Shown here in pieces: positions 39,001-53,216 of a DNA stretch of 64,000 nucleotides (the first letter of the stretch is position 1; each line of letters begins with the position of its first letter). The notes beneath the pieces were generated by a model that saw only the letters and a list, made by a program, of their open reading frames with translations, made no database searches and was not told where the DNA came from. Origin of the DNA: the human T2T-CHM13v2.0 reference genome, Homo sapiens; NCBI RefSeq assembly GCF_009914755.1, contig NC_060928.1; one strand, given 5' to 3'. The position numbers were made by a program, and so were the translations under genes.

Positions 39001-40469
39001 ATTCCTTTAGTAGAATCTGCAAGTTGATATTTAGATAGCTTTGAAGATTTCGTTGGAAACGGGAATATCTTCATAGAAAATCTAGACGGAAGCATTCTCA
39101 GAAACTGCTTTGTGATGTTTGCATTCAAGTCACAGAGTTGAATATTCCCTTTTATAGAGTAGGTTTGAAACACTCTTTCGGCACTACCTGGAAGTGGATA
39201 TTTCGAGCTCTTTGAGGCCTATGGTTAAAAGGAAATATCTTCCCATAAAAACTAGACAGAAGCCGTCTCAGAAACTTGTTTGTGATGTGTGTATTCAACT
39301 ACCAGAGTTGAACATTTCTGTTACAGAGCAATTTTAAAACACTCTTTTTGTGGAATCTGAAAGTGGATAATTGGATAGCTTTGTGGATTTCGTTGGAAAC
39401 GGGATGACGTATAAAATCTAGAGAGAAGCATTCTCAGGAACTTCTTTGTGATGTTTGCATTCAAGTCACAGAATTGAACATTCCTTTTCATAGTGCAGGT
39501 TTGAAACACTCTTTCTGTAGTATCTGGAAGTGGACATTTCAAGCGCTTTCAGGCCTACGGGGAGAAAGGAAATATCTTCAAATAAAAACTAGACAGAAGG
39601 ATTCTCAGAAACTTATTTGTGATGTGTGTCCTAAACGAACACAGTTGAACCTTTGTTTTGATACAGCATTTTGGAAACACTCCTTTTGTAGGATCTGCAG
39701 GTGGATATTTGGATAGATTTTAAGATTTCGTTGGAAACGGGAGTTTCTTCATAGAAACTCAAGACAGATGCATTCTCAGAAACATCTCTGTGATGTTTGC
39801 ATTCCACTCATAGAGTTGAAAACTTCCTTTCATAGAGCAGGTTTGAAACACTCTTTTTGTAATATTTGGAAGTGGACATTTGCAGCGCTTTGAGGCCTAT
39901 GGTGAAAAAGGAAATATCTTCTCATAAAAACCAGAAACAAGCATTCTCAGAAACTTCTTTTTGATGTGTGTACTCAAGTAACAGAGTTGAACCTTCCTTT
40001 TGACACAGCAGTTTTGAAACAATCTTTTTGTAGAATCTGCAAGTGGATATTTGGATAGCTTTGAGGATTTCGTTGGAAACGGGATATCTTCATATAAAAT
40101 CTAGACAGAAGCATTCTCAGAAACTTCTTTGTGCTGTATGTCCTCAATTAACAGAGTTGAACCATTGCTTGGATACAGCATTTTGGAAACATTCCTTGAG
40201 TAGAATCTGCAAGTTGATATTTAGATAGATTTGAAGATTTCGTTGGAAAAGGGAATATCTCCATATAAAATCTAGAGGGAAGCATTCTCAGAAACTGCTT
40301 TGTGATGTTTCCATTCAAGTCACAGAGTTGAATATTCCCTTTTATAGAGCACGTTTGAAACACTCTTTCTGCACTATCTGGAAGTGGACATTTCGAGCGC
40401 TTTGAGGCCTATGGTGAAAAAGGAAATATCTTCCCATAAAAACTAGACAGAAGCATTCTCAGAAACTTG
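21079..40469 (+). repeat. Run of six tandem 19-mer HORs (starts 21079, 24311, 27542, 30774, 34006, 37238; the second is 3231 bp)
   Basis: Marker spacings 3232, 3231, 3232, 3232, 3232, 3232. Confidence 0.93.
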
Positions 40470-43400
40470 TTTGTGATGTGTGTATTCAACTAACAGAGTT
40501 GAACTTTTGTTTTTACAGAGCCGTTTTAAAACACTCTTTTTGTGGAATCAGAAAGTGGATATTCGGATGGCTCTGAGGATTTCGTTGGAAGCGGGATTAC
40601 ATATAAAATCTAGAGAGAAGCATTCTCAGGAACTTCTTTGTGATGTTTGCATTGAAGTCACAGAATTGAACATTCACTTTGATAGAGCAGGTTTGAAACA
40701 CTCATTCTGTAGTATCTGGAAGTGGACATTTCAAGCGCTTTCAGGCCTATGGTGAGAAAGGAAATATCTTCGAATAAAAACTAGACAGAAGCATCCTCAG
40801 AAACTTATTTGTGATGTGTGTCCTCAACTAACAGAGTTGAAACTTTGTTTTGATACAGCATTTTGGAAACACTCTTTTTGTAGAATCTGCAGGTGGATAT
40901 TTGGATAGCTTAGAGGGATTCGTTGGAAAGGGGATATCTTCATATAAAATCTAGACAGAAGCATTCTCAGAAACTTATTTGTGATGTGTGTCCTCAACTA
41001 ACAGAGTTGAACCTTGGTTTTGATACAGCATTTTGGAAACGCTCCTTTTGTAGAATCTGCAGGTGGATATGTGGATAGCTCTGAAGATTTCGTTGGAAAC
41101 GGGAATTTCTTCATATAAAATCAAACAGAAGCATTCTCAGAAACTTCTCAGTGATGTTTGCATTCAGCTCATGGAGTTGAACACTTCCTTTCATAGAGCC
41201 GGTTTGAAACACTCTTTCTGCACTACCTGGAAGAGGACATTTCGAGCGCTTTGAGTCCTATGGTGAAAAAGGAAATATCTTCTCATAAAAACCAGAAAGA
41301 AGCATTCTCAGAAACTTCTTTGTGTTGTGTGTACTCATGTAACAGTGTTGAACCATCCTTTTGACAGAGCAGTTTTGAAACACTCTTTTTGTAGAATCTG
41401 CAAGTGGATATTTGGATAGCTTTGAGGATTTCGTTGGAAACGGGATGACATATAATATCTAGAGAGAAGCATTCTCAGGAACTTCTTTGTGATGTTTGCA
41501 TTCAAGTCACAGAATTGAACATTCCCTTTCATAGAGCAGGTTTGAAACACTCTTTCTCTAGTATCTGGAAGTGGGCATTTCAAGCGCTTTCAGGCCTATG
41601 GAGAGAAAGGAAATACCTTCAAATAAAAACTAGACAGAAGCATTCTCAGAAACTTATTTGTGATGTGTGTCCTCAACTAACAGAGTTGAACCTTTGTTTT
41701 GATACAGCATTTTGGAAACACTCCTTTTGTAGAATCTGCAGGTGGATATTTGGATAACTTTGAAGATTTCGTTGGAAACCGGAATATCTTCATATAAAAT
41801 CAAGACAGAAGCATTCTCGGAAACATCTCTGTGATGTTTGCATTCAACTCAGTAGAGTTGAACACTTCCTTTCATAGAGCCGGTTTGAAACACTCTTTCT
41901 GCACTACCTGGAAGCGGACATTTCGAGCGCTTTGAGGCCTATGGTGAAAAAGGAAATATCTTCTCATAAAAACCAGAAAGAAGCATTCTCAGAAACTTCT
42001 TTGTGTTGTGTGTACTCAAGTAACAGTGTTGAACCTTCCTTTTGACACAGCAGTTTTGAAACACTCTTTTGGTAGAATCTGCAAGTGGATATTTGGATAG
42101 CTTTGAGGATTTCGTTGGAAACGGGTTATCTTCATATAAAATCCAGACAGGAGCATTCTCAGAAACTTCTTTGTGCTGCATGTCCTCAATTCACAGAGCT
42201 GAACCTTTGTTTGGATACAGCATTTTGGAAACATTCCTTTAGTAGAATCTGCAAGTTGATATTTAGATAGCTTTGAAGATTTCGTTGGAAACGGGAATAT
42301 CTTCATAGAAAATCTAGACGGAAGCATTCTCAGAAACTGCTTTGTGATGTTTGCATTCAAGTCACAGAGTTGAATATTCCCTTTTATAGACTAGGTTTGA
42401 AACACTCTTTCGGCACTACCTGGAAGTGGATATTTCGAGCTCTTTGAGGCCTATGGTTAAAAGGAAATATCTTCCCATAAAAACTAGACAGAAGCCGTCT
42501 CAGAAACTTGTTTGTGATGTGTGTATTCAACTACCAGAGTTGAACATTTCTGTTACAGAGCAATTTTAAAACACTCTTTTTGTGGAATCTGAAAGTGGAT
42601 AATTGGATAGCTTTGTGGATTTCGTTGGAAACGGGATGACGTATAAAATCTAGAGAGAAGCATTCTCAGGAACTTCTTTGTGATGTTTGCATTCAAGTCA
42701 CAGAATTGAACATTCCTTTTCATAGTGCAGGTTTGAAACACTCTTTCTGTAGTATCTGGAAGTGGACATTTCAAGCGCTTTCAGGCCTACGGGGAGAAAG
42801 GAAATATCTTCAAATAAAAACTAGACAGAAGGATTCTCAGAAACTTATTTGTGATGTGTGTCCTAAACGAACACAGTTGAACCTTTGTTTAGATACAGCA
42901 TTTTGGAAACACTCCTTTTGTAGGATCTGCAGGTGGATATTTGGATAGATTTTAAGATTTCGTTGGAAACGGGAGTTTCTTCATAGAAACTCAAGACAGA
43001 TGCATTCTCAGAAACATCTCTGTGATGTTTGCATTCCACTCATAGAGTTGAAAACTTCCTTTCATAGAGCAGGTTTGAAACACTCTTTTTGTAATATTTG
43101 GAAGTGGACATTTGCAGCGCTTTGAGGCCTATGGTGAAAAAGGAAATATCTTCTCATAAAAACAAGAAACAAGCATTCTCAGAAACTTCTTTTTGATGTG
43201 TGTACTCAAATAACAGAGTTGAACCTTCCTTTTGACACAGCAGTTTTGAAACAATCTTTTTGTAGAATCTGCAAGTGGATATTTGGATAGCTTTGAGGAT
43301 TTCGTTGGAAACGGGATATCTTCATATAAAATCTAGACAGAAGCATTCTCAGAAACTTCTTTGTGCTGTATGTCCTCAATTAACAGAGTTGAACCATTGC

Positions 43401-46400
43401 TTGGATACAGCATTTTGGAAACATTCCTTTAGTAGAATCTGCAAGTTGATATTTAGATAGATTTGAAGATTTCGTTGGAAAAGGGAATATCTCCATATAA
43501 AATCTAGACGGAAGCATTCTCAGAAACTGCTTTGTGATGTTTCCATTCAAGTCACAGAGTTGAATATTCCCTTTTATAGAGCACGTTTGAAACACTCTTT
43601 CTGCACTATCTGGAAGTGGACATTTCGAGCGCTTTGAGGCCTATGGTGAAAAAGGAAATATCTTCCCATAAAAATTAGACAGAAGCATTCTCAGAAACTT
43701 GTTTGTGATGTGTGTATTCAACTAACAGAGTTGAACTTTTGTTTTTACAGAGCCGTTTTAAAACACTCTTTTTGTGGAATCAGAAAGTGGATATTCGGAT
43801 GGCTCTGAGGATTTCGTTGGAAGCGGGATTACATATAAAATCTAGAGAGAAGCATTCTCAGGAACTTCTTTGTGATGTTTGCATTGAAGTCACAGAATTG
43901 AACATTCACTTTGATAGAGCAGGTTTGAAACACTCATTCTGTAGTATCTGGAAGTGGACATTTCAAGCGCTTTCAGGCCTATGGTGAAAAAGGAAATATC
44001 TTCGAATAAAAACTAGACAGAAGCATCCTCAGAAACTTATTTGTGATGTGTGTCCTCAACTAACAGAGTTGAAACTTTGTTTTGATACAGCATTTTGGAA
44101 ACACTCCTTTTGTAGAATCTGCAGGTGGATATGTGGATAGCTCTGAAGATTTCGTTGGAAACGGGAATTTCTTCATATAAAATCAAACAGAAGCATTCTC
44201 AGAAACTTCTCAGTGATGTTTGCATTCAGCTCATGGAGTTGAACACTTCCTTTCATAGAGCCGGTTTGAAACACTCTTTCTGCACTACCTGGAAGAGGCC
44301 ATTTCGAGCGCTTTGAGTCCTATGGTGAAAAAGGAAATATCTTCTCATAAAAACCAGAAAGAAGCATTCTCAGAAACTTCTTTGTGTTGTGTGTACTCAT
44401 GTAACAGTGTTGAACCATCCTTTTGACAGAGCAGTTTTGAAACACTCTTTTTGTAGAATCTGCAAGTGGATATTTGGATAGCTTTGAGGATTTCGTTGGA
44501 AACGGGATGACATATAATATCTAGAGAGAAGCATTCTCAGGAACTTCTTTGTGCTGTTTGCATTCAAGTCACAGAATTGAACATTCCCTTTCATAGAGCA
44601 GATTTGAAACACTCTTTCTCTAGTATCTGGAAGTGGGCATTTCAAGCGCTTTCAGGCCTATTGAGAGAAAGGAAATACCTTCAAATAAAAACTAGACAGA
44701 AGCATTCTCAGAAACTTGTTTGTGATGTGTGTATTCAACTAACAGAGTTGAACTTTTGTTTTTACAGAGCCGTTTTAAAACACTCTTTTTGTGGAATCAG
44801 AAAGTGGATATTCGGATGGCTCTGAGGATTTCGTTGGAAGCGGGATTACATATAAAATCTAGAGAGAAGCATTCTCAGGAACTTCTTTGTGATGTTTGCA
44901 TTGAAGTCACAGAATTGAACATTCACTTTGATAGAGCAGGTTTGAAACACTCATTCTGTAGTATCTGGAAGTGGACATTTCAAGCGCTTTCAGGCCTATG
45001 GTGAGAAAGGAAATATCTTCGAATAAAAACTAGACAGAAGCATCCTCAGAAACTTATTTGTGATGTGTGTCCTCAACTAACAGAGTTGAAACTTTGTTTT
45101 GATACAGCATTTTGGAAACACTCTTTTTGTAGAATCTGCAGGTGGATATTTGGATAGCTTAGAGGGATTCGTTGGAAAGGGGATATCTTCATATAAAATC
45201 TAGACAGAAGCATTCTCAGAAACTTATTTGTGATGTGTGTCCTCAACTAACAGAGTTGAACCTTGGTTTTGATACAGCATTTTGGAAACACTCCTTTTGT
45301 AGAATCTGCAGGTGGATATGTGGATAGCTCTGAAGATTTCGTTGGAAACGGGAATTTCTTCATATAAAATCAAACAGAAGCATTCTCAGAAACTTCTCAG
45401 TGATGTTTGCATTCAGCTCATGGAGTTGAACACTTCCTTTCATAGAGCCGGTTTGAAACACTCTTTCTGCACTACCTGGAAGAGGACATTTCGAGCGCTT
45501 TGAGTCCTATGGTGAAAAAGGAAATATCTTCTCATAAAAACCAGAAAGAAGCATTCTCAGAAACTTCTTTGTGTTGTGTGTACTCATGTAACAGTGTTGA
45601 ACCATCCTTTTGACAGAGCAGTTTTGAAACACTCTTTTTGTAGAATCTGCAAGTGGATATTTGGATAGCTTTGAGGATTTCGTTGGAAACGGGATGACAT
45701 ATAATATCTAGAGAGAAGCATTCTCAGGAACTTCTTTGTGATGTTTGCATTCAAGTCACAGAATTGAACATTCCCTTTCATAGAGCAGGTTTGAAACACT
45801 CTTTCTCTAGTATCTGGAAGTGGGCATTTCAAGCGCTTTCAGGCCTATGGAGAGAAAGGAAATACCTTCAAATAAAAACTAGACAGAAGCATTCTCAGAA
45901 ACTTATTTGTGATGTGTGTCCTCAACTAACAGAGTTGAACCTTTGTTTTGATACAGCATTTTGGAAACACTCCTTTTGTAGAATCTGCAGGTGGATATTT
46001 GGATAACTTTGAAGATTTCGTTGGAAACCGGAATATCTTCATATAAAATCAAGACAGAAGCATTCTCGGAAACATCTCTGTGATGTTTGCATTCAACTCA
46101 GTAGAGTTGAACACTTCCTTTCATAGAGCAGGTTTGAAACACTCTTTCTGCACTACATGGAAGCGGACATTTCGAGCGCTTTGAGGCCTATGGTGAAAAA
46201 GGAAATATCTTCTCATAAAAACCAGAAAGAAGCATTCTCAGAAACTTCTTTGTGTTGTGTGTACTCAAGTAACAGTGTTGAACCTTCCTTTTGACACAGC
46301 AGTTTTGAAACACTCTTTTGGTAGAATCTGCAAGTGGATATTTGGATAGGTTTGAGGATTTCGTTGGAAACGGGTTATCTTCATATAAAATCCAGACAGG

Positions 46401-49400
46401 AGCATTCTCAGAAACTTCTTTGTGCTGCATGTCCTCAATTCACAGAGCTGAACCTTTGTTTGGATACAGCATTTTGGAAACATTCCTTTAGTAGAATCTG
46501 CAAGTTGATATTTAGATAGCTTTGAAGATTTCGTTGGTAACGGGAATATCTTCATAGAAAATCTAGACGGAAGCATTCTCAGAAACTGCTTTGTGATGTT
46601 TGCATTCAAGTCACAGAGTTGAATATTCCCTTTTATAGAGTAGGTTTGAAACACTCTTTCGGCACTACCTGGAAGTGGATATTTCGAGCTCTTTGAGGCC
46701 TATGGTTAAAAGGAAATATCTTCCCATAAAAACTAGACAGAAGCCGTCTCAGAAACTTGTTTGTGATGTGTGTATTCAACTACCAGAGTTGAACATTTCT
46801 GTTACAGAGCAATTTTAAAACACTCTTTTTGTGGAATCTGAAAGTGGATAATTGGATAGCTTTGTGGATTTCGTTGGAAACGGGATGACGTATAAAATCT
46901 AGAGAGAAGCATTCTCAGGAACTTCTTTCTGATGTTTGCATTCAAGTCACAGAATTGAACATTCCTTTTCATAGTGCAGGTTTGAAACACTCTTTCTGTA
47001 GTATCTGGAAGTGGACATTTCAAGCGCTTTCAGGCCTACGGGGAGAAAGGAAATATCTTCAAATAAAAACTAGACAGAAGGATTCTCAGAAACTTATTTG
47101 TGATGTGTGTCCTAAACGAACACAGTTGAACCTTTGTTTTGATACAGCATTTTGGAAACACTCCTTTTGTAGGATCTGCAGGTGGATATTTGGATAGATT
47201 TTAAGATTTCGTTGGAAACGGGAGTTTCTTCATAGAAACTCAAGACAGATGCATTCTCAGAAACATCTCTGTGATGTTTGCATTCCACTCATAGAGTTGA
47301 AAACTTCCTTTCATAGAGCAGGTTTGAAACACTCTTTTTGTAATATTTGGAAGTGGACATTTGCAGCGCTTTGAGGCCTATGGTGAAAAAGGAAATATCT
47401 TCTCATAAAAACCAGAAACAAGCATTCTCAGAAACTTCTTTTTGATGTGTGTACTCAAATAACAGAGTTGAACCTTCCTTTTGACACAGCAGTTTTGAAA
47501 CAATCTTTTTGTAGAATCTGCAAGTGGATATTTGGATAGCTTTGAGGATTTCGTTGGAAACGGGATATCTTCATATAAAATCTAGACAGAAGCATTCTCA
47601 GAAACTTCTTTGTGCTGTATGTCCTCAATTAACAGAGTTGAACCATTGCTTGGATACAGCATTTTGGAAACATTCCTTTAGTAGAATCTGCAAGTTGATA
47701 TTGAGATAGATTTGAAGATTTCGTTGGAAAAGGGAATATCTCCATATAAAATCTAGACGGAAGCATTCTCAGAAACTGCTTTGTGATGTTTCCATTCAAG
47801 TCACAGAGTTGAATATTCCCTTTTATAGAGCACGTTTGAAACACTCTTTCTGCACTATCTGGAAGTGGACATTTCGAGCGCTTTGAGGCCTATGGTGAAA
47901 AAGGAAATATCTTCCCATAAAAATTAGACAGAAGCATTCTCAGAAACTTGTTTGTGATGTGTGTATTCAACTAACAGAGTTGAACTTTTGTTTTTACAGA
48001 GCCGTTTTAAAACACTCTTTTTGTGGAATCAGAAAGTGGATATTCGGATGGCTCTGAGGATTTCGTTGGAAGCGGGATTACATATAAAATCTAGAGAGAA
48101 GCATTCTCAGGAACTTCTTTGTGATGTTTGCATTGAAGTCACAGAATTGAACATTCACTTTGATAGAGCAGGTTTGAAACACTCATTCTGTAGTATCTGG
48201 AAGTGGACATTTCAAGCGCTTTCAGGCCTATGGTGAAAAAGGAAATATCTTCGAATAAAAACTAGACAGAAGCATCCTCAGAAACTTATTTGTGATGTGT
48301 GTCCTCAACTAACAGAGTTGAAACTTTGTTTTGATACAGCATTTTGGAAACACTCCTTTTGTAGAATCTGCAGGTGGATATGTGGATAGCTCTGAAGATT
48401 TCGTTGGAAACGGGAATTTCTTCATATAAAATCAAACAGAAGCATTCTCAGAAACTTCTCAGTGATGTTTGCATTCAGCTCATGGAGTTGAACACTTCCT
48501 TTCATAGAGCCGGTTTGAAACACTCTTTCTGCACTACCTGGAAGAGGCCATTTCGAGCGCTTTGAGTCCTATGGTGAAAAAGGAAATATCTTCTCATAAA
48601 AACCAGAAAGAAGCATTCTCAGAAACTTCTTTGTGTTGTGTGTACTCATGTAACAGTGTTGAACCATCCTTTTGACAGAGCAGTTTTGAAACACTCTTTT
48701 TGTAGAATCTGCAAGTGGATATTTGGATAGCTTTGAGGATTTCGTTGGAAACGGGATGACATATAATATCTAGAGAGAAGCATTCTCAGGAACTTCTTTG
48801 TGCTGTTTGCATTCAAGTCACAGAATTGAACATTCCCTTTCATAGAGCAGATTTGAAACACTCTTTCTCTAGTATCTGGAAGTGGGCATTTCAAGCGCTT
48901 TCAGGCCTATTGAGAGAAAGGAAATACCTTCAAATAAAAACTAGACAGAAGCATTCTCAGAAACTTGTTTGTGATGTGTGTATTCAACTAACAGAGTTGA
49001 ACTTTTGTTTTTACAGAGCCGTTTTAAAACACTCTTTTTGTGGAATCAGAAAGTGGATATTCGGATGGCTCTGAGGATTTCGTTGGAAGCGGGATTACAT
49101 ATAAAATCTAGAGAGAAGCATTCTCAGGAACTTCTTTGTGATGTTTGCATTGAAGTCACAGAATTGAACATTCACTTTGATAGAGCAGGTTTGAAACACT
49201 CATTCTGTAGTATCTGGAAGTGGACATTTCAAGCGCTTTCAGGCCTATGGTGAGAAAGGAAATATCTTCGAATAAAAACTAGACAGAAGCATCCTCAGAA
49301 ACTTATTTGTGATGTGTGTCCTCAACTAACAGAGTTGAAACTTTGTTTTGATACAGCATTTTGGAAACACTCTTTTTGTAGAATCTGCAGGTGGATATTT

Positions 49401-52400
49401 GGATAGCTTAGAGGGATTCGTTGGAAAGGGGATATCTTCATATAAAATCTAGACAGAAGCATTCTCAGAAACTTATTTGTGATGTGTGTCCTCAACTAAC
49501 AGAGTTGAACCTTGGTTTTGATACAGCATTTTGGAAACACTCCTTTTGTAGAATCTGCAGGTGGATATGTGGATAGCTCTGAAGATTTCGTTGGAAACGG
49601 GAATTTCTTCATATAAAATCAAACAGAAGCATTCTCAGAAACTTCTCAGTGATGTTTGCATTCAGCTCATGGAGTTGAACACTTCCTTTCATAGAGCCGG
49701 TTTGAAACACTCTTTCTGCACTACCTGGAAGAGGACATTTCGAGCGCTTTGAGTCCTATGGTGAAAAAGGAAATATCTTCTCATAAAAACCAGAAAGAAG
49801 CATTCTCAGAAACTTCTTTGTGTTGTGTGTACTCATGTAACAGTGTTGAACCATCCTTTTGACAGAGCAGTTTTGAAACACTCTTTTTGTAGAATCTGCA
49901 AGTGGATATTTGGATAGCTTTGAGGATTTCGTTGGAAACGGGATGACATATAATATCTAGAGAGAAGCATTCTCAGGAACTTCTTTGTGATGTTTGCATT
50001 CAAGTCACAGAATTGAACATTCCCTTTCATAGAGCAGGTTTGAAACACTCTTTCTCTAGTATCTGGAAGTGGGCATTTCAAGCGCTTTCAGGCCTATGGA
50101 GAGAAAGGAAATACCTTCAAATAAAAACTAGACAGAAGCATTCTCAGAAACTTATTTGTGATGTGTGTCCTCAACTAACAGAGTTGAACCTTTGTTTTGA
50201 TACAGCATTTTGGAAACACTCCTTTTGTAGAATCTGCAGGTGGATATTTGGATAACTTTGAAGATTTCGTTGGAAACCGGAATATCTTCATATAAAATCA
50301 AGACAGAAGCATTCTCGGAAACATCTCTGTGATGTTTGCATTCAACTCAGTAGAGTTGAACACTTCCTTTCATAGAGCAGGTTTGAAACACTCTTTCTGC
50401 ACTACATGGAAGCGGACATTTCGAGCGCTTTGAGGCCTATGGTGAAAAAGGAAATATCTTCTCATAAAAACCAGAAAGAAGCATTCTCAGAAACTTCTTT
50501 GTGTTGTGTGTACTCAAGTAACAGTGTTGAACCTTCCTTTTGACACAGCAGTTTTGAAACACTCTTTTGGTAGAATCTGCAAGTGGATATTTGGATAGGT
50601 TTGAGGATTTCGTTGGAAACGGGTTATCTTCATATAAAATCCAGACAGGAGCATTCTCAGAAACTTCTTTGTGCTGCATGTCCTCAATTCACAGAGCTGA
50701 ACCTTTGTTTGGATACAGCATTTTGGAAACATTCCTTTAGTAGAATCTGCAAGTTGATATTTAGATAGCTTTGAAGATTTCGTTGGTAACGGGAATATCT
50801 TCATAGAAAATCTAGACGGAAGCATTCTCAGAAACTGCTTTGTGATGTTTGCATTCAAGTCACAGAGTTGAATATTCCCTTTTATAGAGTAGGTTTGAAA
50901 CACTCTTTCGGCACTACCTGGAAGTGGATATTTCGAGCTCTTTGAGGCCTATGGTTAAAAGGAAATATCTTCCCATAAAAACTAGACAGAAGCCGTCTCA
51001 GAAACTTGTTTGTGATGTGTGTATTCAACTACCAGAGTTGAACATTTCTGTTACAGAGCAATTTTAAAACACTCTTTTTGTGGAATCTGAAAGTGGATAA
51101 TTGGATAGCTTTGTGGATTTCGTTGGAAACGGGATGACGTATAAAATCTAGAGAGAAGCATTCTCAGGAACTTCTTTCTGATGTTTGCATTCAAGTCACA
51201 GAATTGAACATTCCTTTTCATAGTGCAGGTTTGAAACACTCTTTCTGTAGTATCTGGAAGTGGACATTTCAAGCGCTTTCAGGCCTACGGGGAGAAAGGA
51301 AATATCTTCAAATAAAAACTAGACAGAAGGATTCTCAGAAACTTATTTGTGATGTGTGTCCTAAACGAACACAGTTGAACCTTTGTTTTGATACAGCATT
51401 TTGGAAACACTCCTTTTGTAGGATCTGCAGGTGGATATTTGGATAGATTTTAAGATTTCGTTGGAAACGGGAGTTTCTTCATAGAAACTCAAGACAGATG
51501 CATTCTCAGAAACATCTCTGTGATGTTTGCATTCCACTCATAGAGTTGAAAACTTCCTTTCATAGAGCAGGTTTGAAACACTCTTTTTGTAATATTTGGA
51601 AGTGGACATTTGCAGCGCTTTGAGGCCTATGGTGAAAAAGGAAATATCTTCTCATAAAAACCAGAAACAAGCATTCTCAGAAACTTCTTTTTGATGTGTG
51701 TACTCAAATAACAGAGTTGAACCTTCCTTTTGACACAGCAGTTTTGAAACAATCTTTTTGTAGAATCTGCAAGTGGATATTTGGATAGCTTTGAGGATTT
51801 CGTTGGAAACGGGATATCTTCATATAAAATCTAGACAGAAGCATTCTCAGAAACTTCTTTGTGCTGTATGTCCTCAATTAACAGAGTTGAACCATTGCTT
51901 GGATACAGCATTTTGGAAACATTCCTTTAGTAGAATCTGCAAGTTGATATTGAGATAGATTTGAAGATTTCGTTGGAAAAGGGAATATCTCCATATAAAA
52001 TCTAGACGGAAGCATTCTCAGAAACTGCTTTGTGATGTTTCCATTCAAGTCACAGAGTTGAATATTCCCTTTTATAGAGCACGTTTGAAACACTCTTTCT
52101 GCACTATCTGGAAGTGGACATTTCGAGCGCTTTGAGGCCTATGGTGAAAAAGGAAATATCTTCCCATAAAAATTAGACAGAAGCATTCTCAGAAACTTGT
52201 TTGTGATGTGTGTATTCAACTAACAGAGTTGAACTTTTGTTTTTACAGAGCCGTTTTAAAACACTCTTTTTGTGGAATCAGAAAGTGGATATTCGGATGG
52301 CTCTGAGGATTTCGTTGGAAGCGGGATTACATATAAAATCTAGAGAGAAGCATTCTCAGGAACTTCTTTGTGATGTTTGCATTGAAGTCACAGAATTGAA

Positions 52401-53216
52401 CATTCACTTTGATAGAGCAGGTTTGAAACACTCATTCTGTAGTATCTGGAAGTGGACATTTCAAGCGCTTTCAGGCCTATGGTGAAAAAGGAAATATCTT
52501 CGAATAAAAACTAGACAGAAGCATCCTCAGAAACTTATTTGTGATGTGTGTCCTCAACTAACAGAGTTGAAACTTTGTTTTGATACAGCATTTTGGAAAC
52601 ACTCCTTTTGTAGAATCTGCAGGTGGATATGTGGATAGCTCTGAAGATTTCGTTGGAAACGGGAATTTCTTCATATAAAATCAAACAGAAGCATTCTCAG
52701 AAACTTCTCAGTGATGTTTGCATTCAGCTCATGGAGTTGAACACTTCCTTTCATAGAGCCGGTTTGAAACACTCTTTCTGCACTACCTGGAAGAGGCCAT
52801 TTCGAGCGCTTTGAGTCCTATGGTGAAAAAGGAAATATCTTCTCATAAAAACCAGAAAGAAGCATTCTCAGAAACTTCTTTGTGTTGTGTGTACTCATGT
52901 AACAGTGTTGAACCATCCTTTTGACAGAGCAGTTTTGAAACACTCTTTTTGTAGAATCTGCAAGTGGATATTTGGATAGCTTTGAGGATTTCGTTGGAAA
53001 CGGGATGACATATAATATCTAGAGAGAAGCATTCTCAGGAACTTCTTTGTGCTGTTTGCATTCAAGTCACAGAATTGAACATTCCCTTTCATAGAGCAGA
53101 TTTGAAACACTCTTTCTCTAGTATCTGGAAGTGGGCATTTCAAGCGCTTTCAGGCCTATTGAGAGAAAGGAAATACCTTCAAATAAAAACTAGACAGAAG
53201 CATTCTCAGAAACTTG
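40470..53216 (+). repeat. Second cluster of three 4249-bp 25-mer super-repeats (19-mer + 6-mer)
   Basis: Marker ORF starts 40480, 43712, 44729, 47961, 48978, 52210, 53227 give alternating 3232/1017 spacings. Confidence 0.93.
46529..46545 (+). other. Mutated m11 CENP-B box (core A->T); the same allele is at 50778-50794 and 55027-55043
   Basis: TTTCGTTGGTAACGGGA: T at 46538, 50787 and 55036 replaces the core A at box position 10. Confidence 0.88.
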
